A DNA stretch of 64,000 bases from Abditibacterium sp. GTDB taxonomy: Bacteria > Armatimonadota > Abditibacteriia > Abditibacteriales > Abditibacteriaceae. Location of the stretch: positions 2,848,001 to 2,912,000 of the forward strand of contig CBDASK010000003.1 in NCBI GenBank assembly GCA_965199495.1, read 5' to 3'. The position numbers and the translations under genes are program-made. The notes below the pieces were generated by a model. It was not told where the DNA came from. It saw nothing but the letters and a program-made list of their open reading frames with translations, and did no database searches. Each line of letters starts with the position of its first letter. Position 1 is the first letter of the stretch. Of this stretch, positions 1-7,800 are shown in pieces.

Positions 1-1
1 T

Positions 2-517
2 CTTTTTGCGGTTGCCGCGTTCGAGCGTGCCCGACATGAAAACTGTCATCGCCGCGCGCTTGACCAAAGGCGCCAACGCCGCTTCCCACGCGCCGCCTTC
101 CTCGACGTGATGCGGTTCGTCCAAAATTAAAACGTAGCGCCGCGCCGAAAACTCTTCGATGAGAAAGCTGTTGTTGGCGCCAATCGCCTGATAAGTCGTG
201 CAAAACCCGCTCAGCCCGCGACACGGATCGAGTTCGCCGGTCGTTTTGCGGATCAGATGTTGGCTGCCCAAAATCGTGCGCGAGCGGCCATTGGCGAACT
301 CGTATTCGGCCTGTTCCTGCAAACTGCGGCGCGGCACGATCCACGCGATGCGATCAGCCACGGCGGGCAGTAACACGTTGGCGGCGATGACGGGCAACAT
401 GGATTTGCCGCCGCCGGGCGTAATCGAGCAGATAATCGAGCGCACATTCGTGACTTGCCCGGTGGCAATCTCAAAACAAAGCTGGCCAAACGAATCCTGA
501 TGCGCACGAAAAGACAC
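2..517 (-). CDS. Superfamily-2 (DEAD/DEAH-type, ResIII-like) helicase, N-terminal part; runs off the window
   Basis: Not in the ORF track; translated by hand from GTG at 517: VSFRAHQ...ITPGGGKS (Walker A)...WIVPRRSLQEQ (motif Ia)...TTYQAI...LILDEPHH (motif II)...MSGT (motif III). Confidence 0.85.
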   Translation of the reverse strand, partial: MSFRAHQDSFGQLCFEIATGQVTNVRSIICSITPGGGKSMLPVIAANVLLPAVADRIAWIVPRRSLQEQAEYEFANGRSRTILGSQHLIRKTTGELDPCRGLSGFCTTYQAIGANNSFLIEEFSARRYVLILDEPHHVEEGGAWEAALAPLVKRAAMTVFMSGTLERGNRKK

Positions 518-522
518 GGGGA

Positions 523-555
523 AAGGATAAAGGATGAGGGCGCAAGGATAAAGGG
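523..555. repeat. Short heptamer tandem array (GGATAAA/GGATGAG type)
   Basis: aaggataaa ggatgag ggcgcaa ggataaa gg; same unit at 37055-37087 and, reversed, at ~41000-41030. Confidence 0.6.
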
Positions 556-627
556 GAATTCGCGAAATAGCGTTAAAGTTAATGAGGCGAAACCGAGAAA
601 CCGCTTTATTCTAACGCACTTTAAGTT

Positions 628-779
628 GAGCGGTACAGGTTCAATTGTCATTCCGAGCGCAGCCGAGGAATCTTACGGCCCCGCGCCAGCGGAATTTTGA
701 ATCACTTCTCACTTTCGCTGCCGCGAGGGCGTAAGATTCCTCGGCTGCGCTCGGAATGACAATTGAACCTGTACCGCTC
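628..779. repeat. Long palindromic REP/REPIN-like element, family A (GTCATTCCGAG...GAATC core)
   Basis: Perfect 50-bp arms (628-677 / 730-779); spacer is homologous to the reverse complement of the spacer in the 32334-32559 copy. Confidence 0.9.
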
Positions 780-835
780 GCTTATTGCGTTCGCCTTGAG
801 AAATGGCTTAGCGTTCTAATTTTGAACAGCATTCT

Positions 836-1198
836 CTATTCTCGGCCTGCCTGCGCGAGCCATTCGATTTCGACGCGCGCATTCTGGCATTCGCACGCCC
901 GTTGGGTTGGCGCGTCGAAGAGGGATTCGACGATGAAATATTTGCGCCCATCGTTCGACAAGTTGCGCGCGTGATTTAGTTCGCGCCCGCAATGTTGGCA
1001 ACGGGCGACGCCGCGCCATAAAGTCGGCGGACGGCGGCGACGACCGGGCAGCAACGCGTCGGGGCCGCTCGGCGTGCCATCGCGGTCGCCCGCACGACGT
1101 TTGGCGAGACGGCGCTCCAACTCATTCGGGTAAAGCGGATGAGCGGCTTCGGGATGGAAGTCAATGAAACGACGACCGACCAAGCGACGTTCTATCAT
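836..1198 (-). CDS. Hypothetical protein, possibly Zn-binding (CxxC...CxC)
   Basis: 120-aa ATG ORF containing RCQHCGR and ACEC; TATACT just upstream on the - strand. Confidence 0.55.
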   Translation of the reverse strand: MIERRLVGRRFIDFHPEAAHPLYPNELERRLAKRRAGDRDGTPSGPDALLPGRRRRPPTLWRGVARCQHCGRELNHARNLSNDGRKYFIVESLFDAPTQRACECQNARVEIEWLAQAGRE

Positions 1199-1352
1199 AA
1201 ATCGTCCACAGTATAAGAAGAAAATTTAGCTTGCGAACACCGACATTTACGGGGCATAACTAAAATTAAGGCCGACGCCGTGGCTGCATTGGCTGGCTCG
1301 AAAAACGCGCAGAAGTTTTTGATTCGTTGAAGCCAAAACAGCAACCACGACG

Positions 1353-1380
1353 GGAACCTGTCGGGGAAAAGTGGCGTCTG
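1353..1380 (+). promoter_or_regulatory. Putative ECF-sigma-type promoter (GGAAC-N17-CGTC)
   Basis: ggaac 1353-1357 and cgtc 1375-1378, ending ~10 nt before the predicted 6S RNA 5' end. Confidence 0.45.
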
Positions 1381-1388
1381 TTTCGGCT

Positions 1389-1587
1389 CTGCTGCGTTTG
1401 GTGATGTCCCACTAAGTTTTGAGCCTACACCAATCTCTACGGGAATTTAGCTCTTTGGCCGGGACGCCGCTTGTGGATGCCCTCACGGGTTATGGACTTG
1501 TCCAGACTGCAATGGCGCAAGGGCTTTGGGGCGGTGCCCACCTGCTTCCAAGCGGGTTCAACAACTTGAGGACACACGGCGTGGCGG
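1389..1587 (+). ncRNA. ssrS: 6S RNA (SsrS)
   Basis: ~200-nt rod: the 5' segments gctgcgtt/gtg/tgtcc/aagtt/ttgagcc pair with the 3' segments ggttcaa/aactt/ggaca/cac/ggcgtggc; 3' motif GGTGCCCACCTG...AGCGGGTTCA is typical of 6S; followed by an intrinsic terminator. Confidence 0.8.
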
Positions 1588-1604
1588 TATTCTCTCATAA
1601 TTCA

Positions 1605-1637
1605 GCGCGAAATGGCAATCGTCGTTTCGCGTTTTTT
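1605..1637 (+). terminator. Rho-independent terminator after the 6S RNA
   Basis: gcgcgaaatggc-aatc-gtcgtttcgcgt followed by a T-run. Confidence 0.75.
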
Positions 1638-1642
1638 GTTTT

Positions 1643-1740
1643 GTAGAGACGCCGATTTATCGCATCTAAAACGTTGAAACTCCTGCAAAATTTGACGGGT
1701 TCATTCCCATCTTAAAGATGCGATAAATCGGCGTCTCTAC
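1643..1740. repeat. GTAG-type REP doublet (REPIN-like), family B
   Basis: GTAGAGACGCCGATTTATCGCATCT...AGATGCGATAAATCGGCGTCTCTAC; six copies in the window. Confidence 0.9.
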
Positions 1741-1752
1741 AAAACAACCGTT

Positions 1753-3108
1753 ATGCCTCAACTTTCGCGTGGCCAAAAATCGAAATTGGCCGATCTGACT
1801 CCGGCTTTGCAACTGCGCGCCCAAATTGCGGCGCAGGCGGGCGGCCTGACTTTCGATTATTCGTGCTTTGGCATTGACCAAAACGGCCAGTTATCCGACG
1901 ACCGCTATTTCGTTTTTTATAACCAAACGTCGTCGCCCGAAGGTGCGATTCAACTGGAGAGCGTGGGCGTTTTCGATTTAGATTTAAGCCGCGTGCCCGC
2001 TTCAATCTCGCGTTTGGTTTTCGTGGCGACGATTGACGGCAACGGCACAATGGCGAACTTGCAATCGGGCGCCTTTACTCTATCGGCGAACGGCAACGAA
2101 GTCGCGCGTTTTGAATTGCGCGGCGGCGATTATGGCGCCGAAAAAGCGATCATGGTCGCCGAAATTTATAAGAAAGATGTGTGGCGCGTGGCTGCTGTCG
2201 GGCAAGGTTTCGCGGGCGGATTGGACGCGGTGTTAAAACATTTCGGCGGCGAAGCGACGGAAGAAACGCCGCAAATTACGCTACCGCCAACAGCAGCCAC
2301 GCCGCCCGCGCCGCCAAAAGCGCCGGTGAATCTCAAGAAAGTCGAGTTGGAAAAGAAAATGGAGCGTCAAGCGCCGCAGTTGGTTTCGCTGGCGAAAAAG
2401 GCGACGGTTTCGCTGGAGAAAGTCGGGCTTGCGCAGCACGTCGCCAAAGTCGCGCTTTGCCTCGATATTTCGGCTTCGATGAGCGGACTTTACCATTCGG
2501 GCGCGATTCAAAAGTTCGCCGAAAAAGTGTTGGCGCTGGGCACGCGTTTCGACGACGACGGCGCCATTGATATTTTTCTGTTTGGCGCGGGCGCTCACGA
2601 AGCGGGCGAAATGAACGTGGATAATTTTTCCAACTTCATCGGCCAAATTCAGCGCCAATATCCGCTCGAAGGCGGCACCAATTACGCGGGGGCAATGAGG
2701 CTCATTCGCCAACATTATTTTGGGCATTGCGAGCGCGGCGTGCCGCTCAAACAAAAAGTTCCGGTTTACGTGATGTTCCTGACCGATGGCGCGACATCCG
2801 ACGAAAACGGCGCTCGCCAGCAAGTCCAAGATTCGAGTTACGAACCCTTGTTCTGGCAATTCATGGGACTGGGCAAATCGAAAAAAGATGTGAAAAAGTC
2901 GGGCGGCGGATTTTGGGCCAAAGCCTTCGCTTCGGATTTTACGTTTCTCGAAGAACTCGATAATATGGGCGGGCGCTATGTGGATAACGCCAACTTTTTC
3001 AGCGTCGCTAACCCCGACGATTTGCCCGATGACGAACTTTACGATTTGCTAATGAGCGAATATCCCGATTGGGTCAAGGCCGCGCCCGGCAAAGGTTTGT
3101 TGGGCTGA
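1753..3108 (+). CDS. TerD domain + vWA (TerF-vWA-like) fusion protein
   Basis: N-terminal TerD ([38 protein letters not shown]); Pro/Ala linker; C-terminal vWA MIDAS (LDISASM, GGTNY, FLTDG). Confidence 0.9.
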   Translation: MPQLSRGQKSKLADLTPALQLRAQIAAQAGGLTFDYSCFGIDQNGQLSDDRYFVFYNQTSSPEGAIQLESVGVFDLDLSRVPASISRLVFVATIDGNGTMANLQSGAFTLSANGNEVARFELRGGDYGAEKAIMVAEIYKKDVWRVAAVGQGFAGGLDAVLKHFGGEATEETPQITLPPTAATPPAPPKAPVNLKKVELEKKMERQAPQLVSLAKKATVSLEKVGLAQHVAKVALCLDISASMSGLYHSGAIQKFAEKVLALGTRFDDDGAIDIFLFGAGAHEAGEMNVDNFSNFIGQIQRQYPLEGGTNYAGAMRLIRQHYFGHCERGVPLKQKVPVYVMFLTDGATSDENGARQQVQDSSYEPLFWQFMGLGKSKKDVKKSGGGFWAKAFASDFTFLEELDNMGGRYVDNANFFSVANPDDLPDDELYDLLMSEYPDWVKAAPGKGLLG

Positions 3109-3146
3109 ACTGGTAAAATATAAGACGATTCAAAGGAGAAAATATC

Positions 3147-3728
3147 ATGGCAATTTCACTGGCTAAAGGCCAAAAAATCAGTCTGGAAAAAGAGGCGGGC
3201 GGTTCGCTCACCGATATCGTGATGGGTTTGGGTTGGGACGTGGCTCAGGTCAAGGGATTTCTGGGCAAAATGAAAGAGGGTGCGGCGGTTGACCTCGACG
3301 CTTCGTGCGTTTTGTTCGACGAGAGCGGACAGCAACTTGATCAAGTCTGGTTTTCGCAACTCACCTCGAAAGACGGCTCGATCATTCACACCGGCGACAA
3401 TTTGACCGGCGCGGGCGATGGCGACGATGAACAGATCATCGTGCAACTGTCCAAAGTTCCGAGCAATGTAAAATCGCTCGTTTTCGTGGTCAACTCGTTT
3501 ACTGGCCAGAACTTTTCGCAAATCGAAAACGCGTTTTGCCGTATCGTCAATGGCTCGAATAATCAGGAAATCGCGCGCTATAATTTGTCATCGCAGGGCA
3601 ATCATAACGCGCAGATTATGGCTAAGGTTTATCGTCACAACGGTGAATGGAAAATGCACGCCATCGGCGAAATCGCGACTGGCCGCACCTTCCACGATTT
3701 AATGCCCGCGATGAAGGCCGTTTTGTAG
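3147..3728 (+). CDS. terD: TerD family protein (TerZ/TerD-like)
   Basis: [48 protein letters not shown]. Confidence 0.92.
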   Translation: MAISLAKGQKISLEKEAGGSLTDIVMGLGWDVAQVKGFLGKMKEGAAVDLDASCVLFDESGQQLDQVWFSQLTSKDGSIIHTGDNLTGAGDGDDEQIIVQLSKVPSNVKSLVFVVNSFTGQNFSQIENAFCRIVNGSNNQEIARYNLSSQGNHNAQIMAKVYRHNGEWKMHAIGEIATGRTFHDLMPAMKAVL

Positions 3729-3731
3729 AGA

Positions 3732-3830
3732 GGAACAAGGAGCAAGAAACAGGGAACAAGGTCGGAAACTTGAAATTTGTAGAACGTTTGCGAAGTTCTC
3801 CCTTGCTCCTTGTTCCTCGTCCCTTGTTCC
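3732..3830. repeat. Inverted heptamer-array element (GGAACAA type)
   Basis: 4x GGAACAA-like units, a ~40-bp spacer, then 4x CCTTGTT-like units; spacer homologous to that of 46834-46935. Confidence 0.85.
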
Positions 3831-3831
3831 C

Positions 3832-4827
3832 ATGACTTCAGCGACGCATTTGTTGCAGGTCGAGCGCGACAGCAATCCGTTGCGGCGCTTTGGCCACGCC
3901 TCGCCGTTTATCGGCAAATTGGGGCCGCTCGACTGTGCGCGTTTAGACCAAATCGGCCAATTGACGCGCGCGGCGTTGCCCGATTTGCCTCAGCCGACTT
4001 TGGTCATCGGCATGACCGAATCGAGTTTGCTGCTGGCATTCTGGATGGCGCTGTGGCAGCAAAAGCCGGTGGATTTGCGCTTTACCTCGCGCAAAATTCG
4101 TCAGGGCGACGCGCGCAAAATCGCGTTTCAGGAGCCGCACTCGCACGGGCCGCAGCATTATTTGGCACTGGAAAACGACGCGAAATACGCGCAAATCGTA
4201 ATTATCGAAGACGAACTCACGACGGGCGCGACGCTACGCAACTTGATTTTGGCGCTCGAAGGCGTTGCGGATAAAGTTTGGGTGGCGACGTTGCGTGATA
4301 TGCGTTCGCCGCAATTGCGCGCCGAATTAACCGCCGAAATGAAAGCGCGCGGCGTCCAGTTGGAAGTGATTTCGCTCGATACGCTCGACGTTGATTTGCC
4401 GGTCGAAGTCACGCCGATTCGCCCGCACTTCAATCCGTTTGGGCGCGCCGAACTCGACCGAATCCGTGCGCAGTGCGAATTGGAAGCGCAATGGAAAAGT
4501 TTCGCGCCCGCTCAGATTTATCTGATCGGTGAATGTGTGGACATCGCGCTGCAATGGTGGCTGCAATTGCCGGTTGAAAGTCGGCCCGAATTGCGACAAA
4601 TCACGCGTAGCCCGTGGCAGGTGGACGGCGTGGCTGTTGTGTCGCGCCAAACTTTTGCGGCGCCGAATCAGGGTTCGCGCTATTTTTTGTATAATTTCGA
4701 GCCGCCGCGAAACGGGCGCGTTCTGTGGATCGCCGAAAACAGTAACGCTTCGGTCGGCGCGCTGGCGAGCGATTGGTTCGCGTCGCAGGGCATCGAGGCG
4801 CGCGGCATTGTGGTGGCCGGGACTTAA
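3832..4827 (+). CDS. Ter-associated phosphoribosyltransferase with C-terminal TRSP domain
   Basis: LVIGMTESS, FQEPHSHGPQH, PRPP-binding IIEDELTTGAT; C-terminal ITRSP...FLYN. Confidence 0.85.
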   Translation: MTSATHLLQVERDSNPLRRFGHASPFIGKLGPLDCARLDQIGQLTRAALPDLPQPTLVIGMTESSLLLAFWMALWQQKPVDLRFTSRKIRQGDARKIAFQEPHSHGPQHYLALENDAKYAQIVIIEDELTTGATLRNLILALEGVADKVWVATLRDMRSPQLRAELTAEMKARGVQLEVISLDTLDVDLPVEVTPIRPHFNPFGRAELDRIRAQCELEAQWKSFAPAQIYLIGECVDIALQWWLQLPVESRPELRQITRSPWQVDGVAVVSRQTFAAPNQGSRYFLYNFEPPRNGRVLWIAENSNASVGALASDWFASQGIEARGIVVAGT

Positions 4828-4833
4828 GAATCC

Positions 4834-5883
4834 ATGCAAAACGATATTCAAACGCCCTGGCCAAACCTGCGACTTTACGCGCGCGATTGCGGCCTCGTTA
4901 ATCCTTATGACGACGCAAATACCGAATTATTTCGTGGTGAAGAAGCCTTTGCGCCCGACGTGGCTGGTTGGAAGCGGTGGAGCAAACCTTCGCCCGAACC
5001 GAAATTAGACGCCGAATTCGAGCCGATTACGCTCGCTTCGATTGCGCATCAGGCACCGCAAATCAACGCGATGGCGCGCTATTTAGCGATGAAAATCGTC
5101 GCGGCCAATTTCGACAAACCACCTGTTTTGATCGCGATCTTGCGCGCGGGCGCGCCGATTTGCGCGTTGTTGGCGCCGATTTTAAGCGAACATTATCAAC
5201 AAGAAATTCCGATTTGCGCGTTTTCAATGTTTTACGGTTTGGGGTGGGACGAAATCGCGCTGGAACAAATCTTAGCCGATTTTCCGAATCACACGCCGAT
5301 TTTCGTGGACGGCTGGACGAGCGGCGGCGGCGTGGCGACACAAATTAAATTATCATTCGACGAATGGATTGCGAGTGGCAAACCCGATTTTACCGAGGGG
5401 CGCGGCCCGCAATTCGCGGTTTTATGCGATCCGCGCGGAGTGGCGACATATTCGGCGATTCGCGCCGATTTTTGGGTGCCTTCGGCGGCGTTTACCGCGC
5501 CCGAAACGTTGGGGTTTTCGCGCGGTTTCGCGAGGGAAGATGGCGGTTTGTTCGGCGTTTATCGGTTTCCCGCGTCGCAACTCAAGCCACATTGGATTAA
5601 AAGTTGGCTCGATGTATTGAACACGCCGCTCACATCTTTGCCGCCCGACGATGCAGCCACGGCGGCTTTGCCGCCCGATGGTTTTCGCCTTCACGTCAAT
5701 GAAGTAACGCGCGCTTTAATCAATCGCGATCCGCTCGAAATCTGGCTGCGCCCAGCCGAAGACGAAGCGCGCCAAACGTTGGCGCCATTGATTTATCTGG
5801 CGTATAAACGCGGCGTGCCCGTTGAATTTGGGCGCGCAGAGTTGGCAAATTGGGGCGCTCTGGCTGTGGCGCGCATGAAATGA
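4834..5883 (+). CDS. StiP-like PRTase-fold protein with C-terminal Pelota-like domain
   Basis: ILRAGAP, IFVDGWT, LCDP, DFWVPSA, VNEVTRALINRDP, LAYKRGVPVE; Ter context. Confidence 0.75.
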   Translation: MQNDIQTPWPNLRLYARDCGLVNPYDDANTELFRGEEAFAPDVAGWKRWSKPSPEPKLDAEFEPITLASIAHQAPQINAMARYLAMKIVAANFDKPPVLIAILRAGAPICALLAPILSEHYQQEIPICAFSMFYGLGWDEIALEQILADFPNHTPIFVDGWTSGGGVATQIKLSFDEWIASGKPDFTEGRGPQFAVLCDPRGVATYSAIRADFWVPSAAFTAPETLGFSRGFAREDGGLFGVYRFPASQLKPHWIKSWLDVLNTPLTSLPPDDAATAALPPDGFRLHVNEVTRALINRDPLEIWLRPAEDEARQTLAPLIYLAYKRGVPVEFGRAELANWGALAVARMK

Positions 5884-6395
5884 AATCTCCGCTTTCGCAT
5901 CGCAAATTGGGCGCGCTCGATTGGTTTTGTCTGCGCGCCATCCATTTTTATCAGCGCCATTTATCGCCGCGCAAAGGTTATCGTTGCGCCTATGCGCGCT
6001 TGTATGGCGGCGGCGGATGTTCGGGTTTTGCGCGCGATGCGATTGCGCAGTTGGGCTGGCACGCCGCGCGGGCACCGATTCGCGCGCGCTTTGTCGAGTG
6101 CAAATTAGCGGGGCAAACGTTGCGTGCGCAATTCGAGTTGGACAAGCCGAGCGATTTAAAACAGGGCGAACATGATTTGACGCAGAGTAAAAAGCGCAGT
6201 TGGCACGACCGCTTCGGCGATGCGTGTTGCGTGGATTTGAGTTGGTTTATGTGCGCCGATTCGCTCTGCGACGGCAGCGCGTGCGAAGCGCTCTCGTGCG
6301 CCGATGCGTCGTGCGCACACGGCGCCCTCGCCGATGCCGCGTGTGCCGACGCGTCCTGCGCCGAAGCGGCGTGCGGTTGCCATTCGTGCTTTTAG
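5880..6395 (+). CDS. YidD-like (haemolytic domain) protein with Cys-rich acidic tail
   Basis: AIHFYQRHLSPRKGYRCAY...GCS...RFVEC; ATGA overlap with the upstream gene. Confidence 0.75.
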   Translation: MKSPLSHRKLGALDWFCLRAIHFYQRHLSPRKGYRCAYARLYGGGGCSGFARDAIAQLGWHAARAPIRARFVECKLAGQTLRAQFELDKPSDLKQGEHDLTQSKKRSWHDRFGDACCVDLSWFMCADSLCDGSACEALSCADASCAHGALADAACADASCAEAACGCHSCF

Positions 6396-6398
6396 ATT

Positions 6399-7151
6399 AT
6401 GCCCAAACTCCCACTCATTTTAGACATTGATTTCACGCTGATTCACCTCGAATATGTATCCGGCTCCATCGAAGTTCCGGGGCGCACGCGCTCGGCTTAT
6501 CTGGTACCGCGCACGATTGAAGTTCTGGGCGAATTGCAAGCGCGCTTTGACATCGTATTAGCCACGGCGCGTTCGTGGGACGGCACGCATTGGGTTTGCG
6601 AGGGACTGAAAGCGCGCGGCGTGAACGTCGAAAGCGTCGTCATCGAAGACGGCGCGCGCTTGGGGCGCTTCGGCGAATTGCGCGCGTTTGATGCCGATTT
6701 TGACGTGACAAAAATTCGCGAATCGCTTGTTACGCAAGCGAGTTGGCCCACATTCGAGTGGCAGTTAGATTTCCAAAATTGCGCCGTCGCGCGCTGCGAA
6801 AATCAGGAAGGCGCGGCGCAATTAATGGATATTTTTGCAGAAAAAGACGATTTGCAAAAATGGCGTCCGCGCTTTTATCGCGATGGGCGCAAGGTTTATA
6901 TTCTGCCCGAACGCGCCGATAAATGGAGCGCTCTGCAACAATTATTAGGCGAGCGCGCCGCGCAAGCGGCGGGCGTGGGCGATGGAGCCAACGATTTGGT
7001 TTGGTTACCAAATGTCGTGTATCCGGCGACATTTAACGATGCCGATGCCGCGTTAATTGAAGCCGTGCGCGCCCGCCCTGGCTGCATCGGCGGTGCGAGA
7101 GGGCATCAAGCGATCAAGCAGATTCTACGGGATTTTCTTAAATTTCAATAG
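6399..7151 (+). CDS. HAD-superfamily hydrolase (Cof-like)
   Basis: LDIDFTL (motif I), LATARS (motif II), ADKW, GVGDGAND (motif IV). Confidence 0.88.
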   Translation: MPKLPLILDIDFTLIHLEYVSGSIEVPGRTRSAYLVPRTIEVLGELQARFDIVLATARSWDGTHWVCEGLKARGVNVESVVIEDGARLGRFGELRAFDADFDVTKIRESLVTQASWPTFEWQLDFQNCAVARCENQEGAAQLMDIFAEKDDLQKWRPRFYRDGRKVYILPERADKWSALQQLLGERAAQAAGVGDGANDLVWLPNVVYPATFNDADAALIEAVRARPGCIGGARGHQAIKQILRDFLKFQ

Positions 7152-7242
7152 CCACGAAAAAGCACAAAAGGAACAAAAATTTGGAAGAATTAAATGAACG
7201 TTCTTCCAAATTTTTGTTCCTTTTGTGCTTTTTCGTGGCTAT
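7148..7242. repeat. Perfect 42-bp-arm palindrome built from nonamer units; likely bidirectional terminator
   Basis: atagccacgaaaaagcacaaaaggaacaaaaatttggaagaa, 11-nt loop, then its exact reverse complement; lies between convergent genes. Confidence 0.9.
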
Positions 7243-7246
7243 AAAA

Positions 7247-7702
7247 TTAAACGTCGAAATCGGCGGGCGGCAGACCGGCGGCCAAACAGGCATCGCGCAC
7301 GGCTTTCATTTCGTTTTTATCGAAGTTGCCATCGGCGTTGCCAATCACGATGCCGATTTGCACGACGGCGCGCGCCTGATCGTCTTTGCCCTTGAGCTTA
7401 CCAATCGCCTGAATCGCTTCGATGCGCCCGAAATCGGCGTCGGCGTTGATTTTGTCCACGTAAAAATCGAATTTGGTTTTCAGTTCCGAAGCCGGAAAGA
7501 TTTTCAGCGTTTCGTTGTTGCCGATAAGAGCGGCGGTTTTGGCGCGTTCGCTGGAATCCACGTTGCCATCGGCAGACGCAATCAAAGCACACATCGCCAT
7601 GCAGCCGTTGGCGAAATCGGCGTTTTTAAACTTGGAAACGTTGAGTTGCAGTTGGTCGCCCAGCGACTGCGCGCTATTTTTGAGTTGATCGAGAAATCCC
7701 AT
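7247..7702 (-). CDS. terB: TerB family tellurite-resistance protein
   Basis: MGFLDQLK...CALIASADGNVDSSER...IGNADGNFDKNE; start at ATG 7702. Confidence 0.9.
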   Translation of the reverse strand: MGFLDQLKNSAQSLGDQLQLNVSKFKNADFANGCMAMCALIASADGNVDSSERAKTAALIGNNETLKIFPASELKTKFDFYVDKINADADFGRIEAIQAIGKLKGKDDQARAVVQIGIVIGNADGNFDKNEMKAVRDACLAAGLPPADFDV

Positions 7703-7800
7703 AATGGCCGCGCGATGTTGCAAATTATGGCCCGATTTCTCGAAAAAGGGAAAACGTCCGCCCCACTGGGAACGCGCCTTGCCTGAAAACGCAGCCACTC

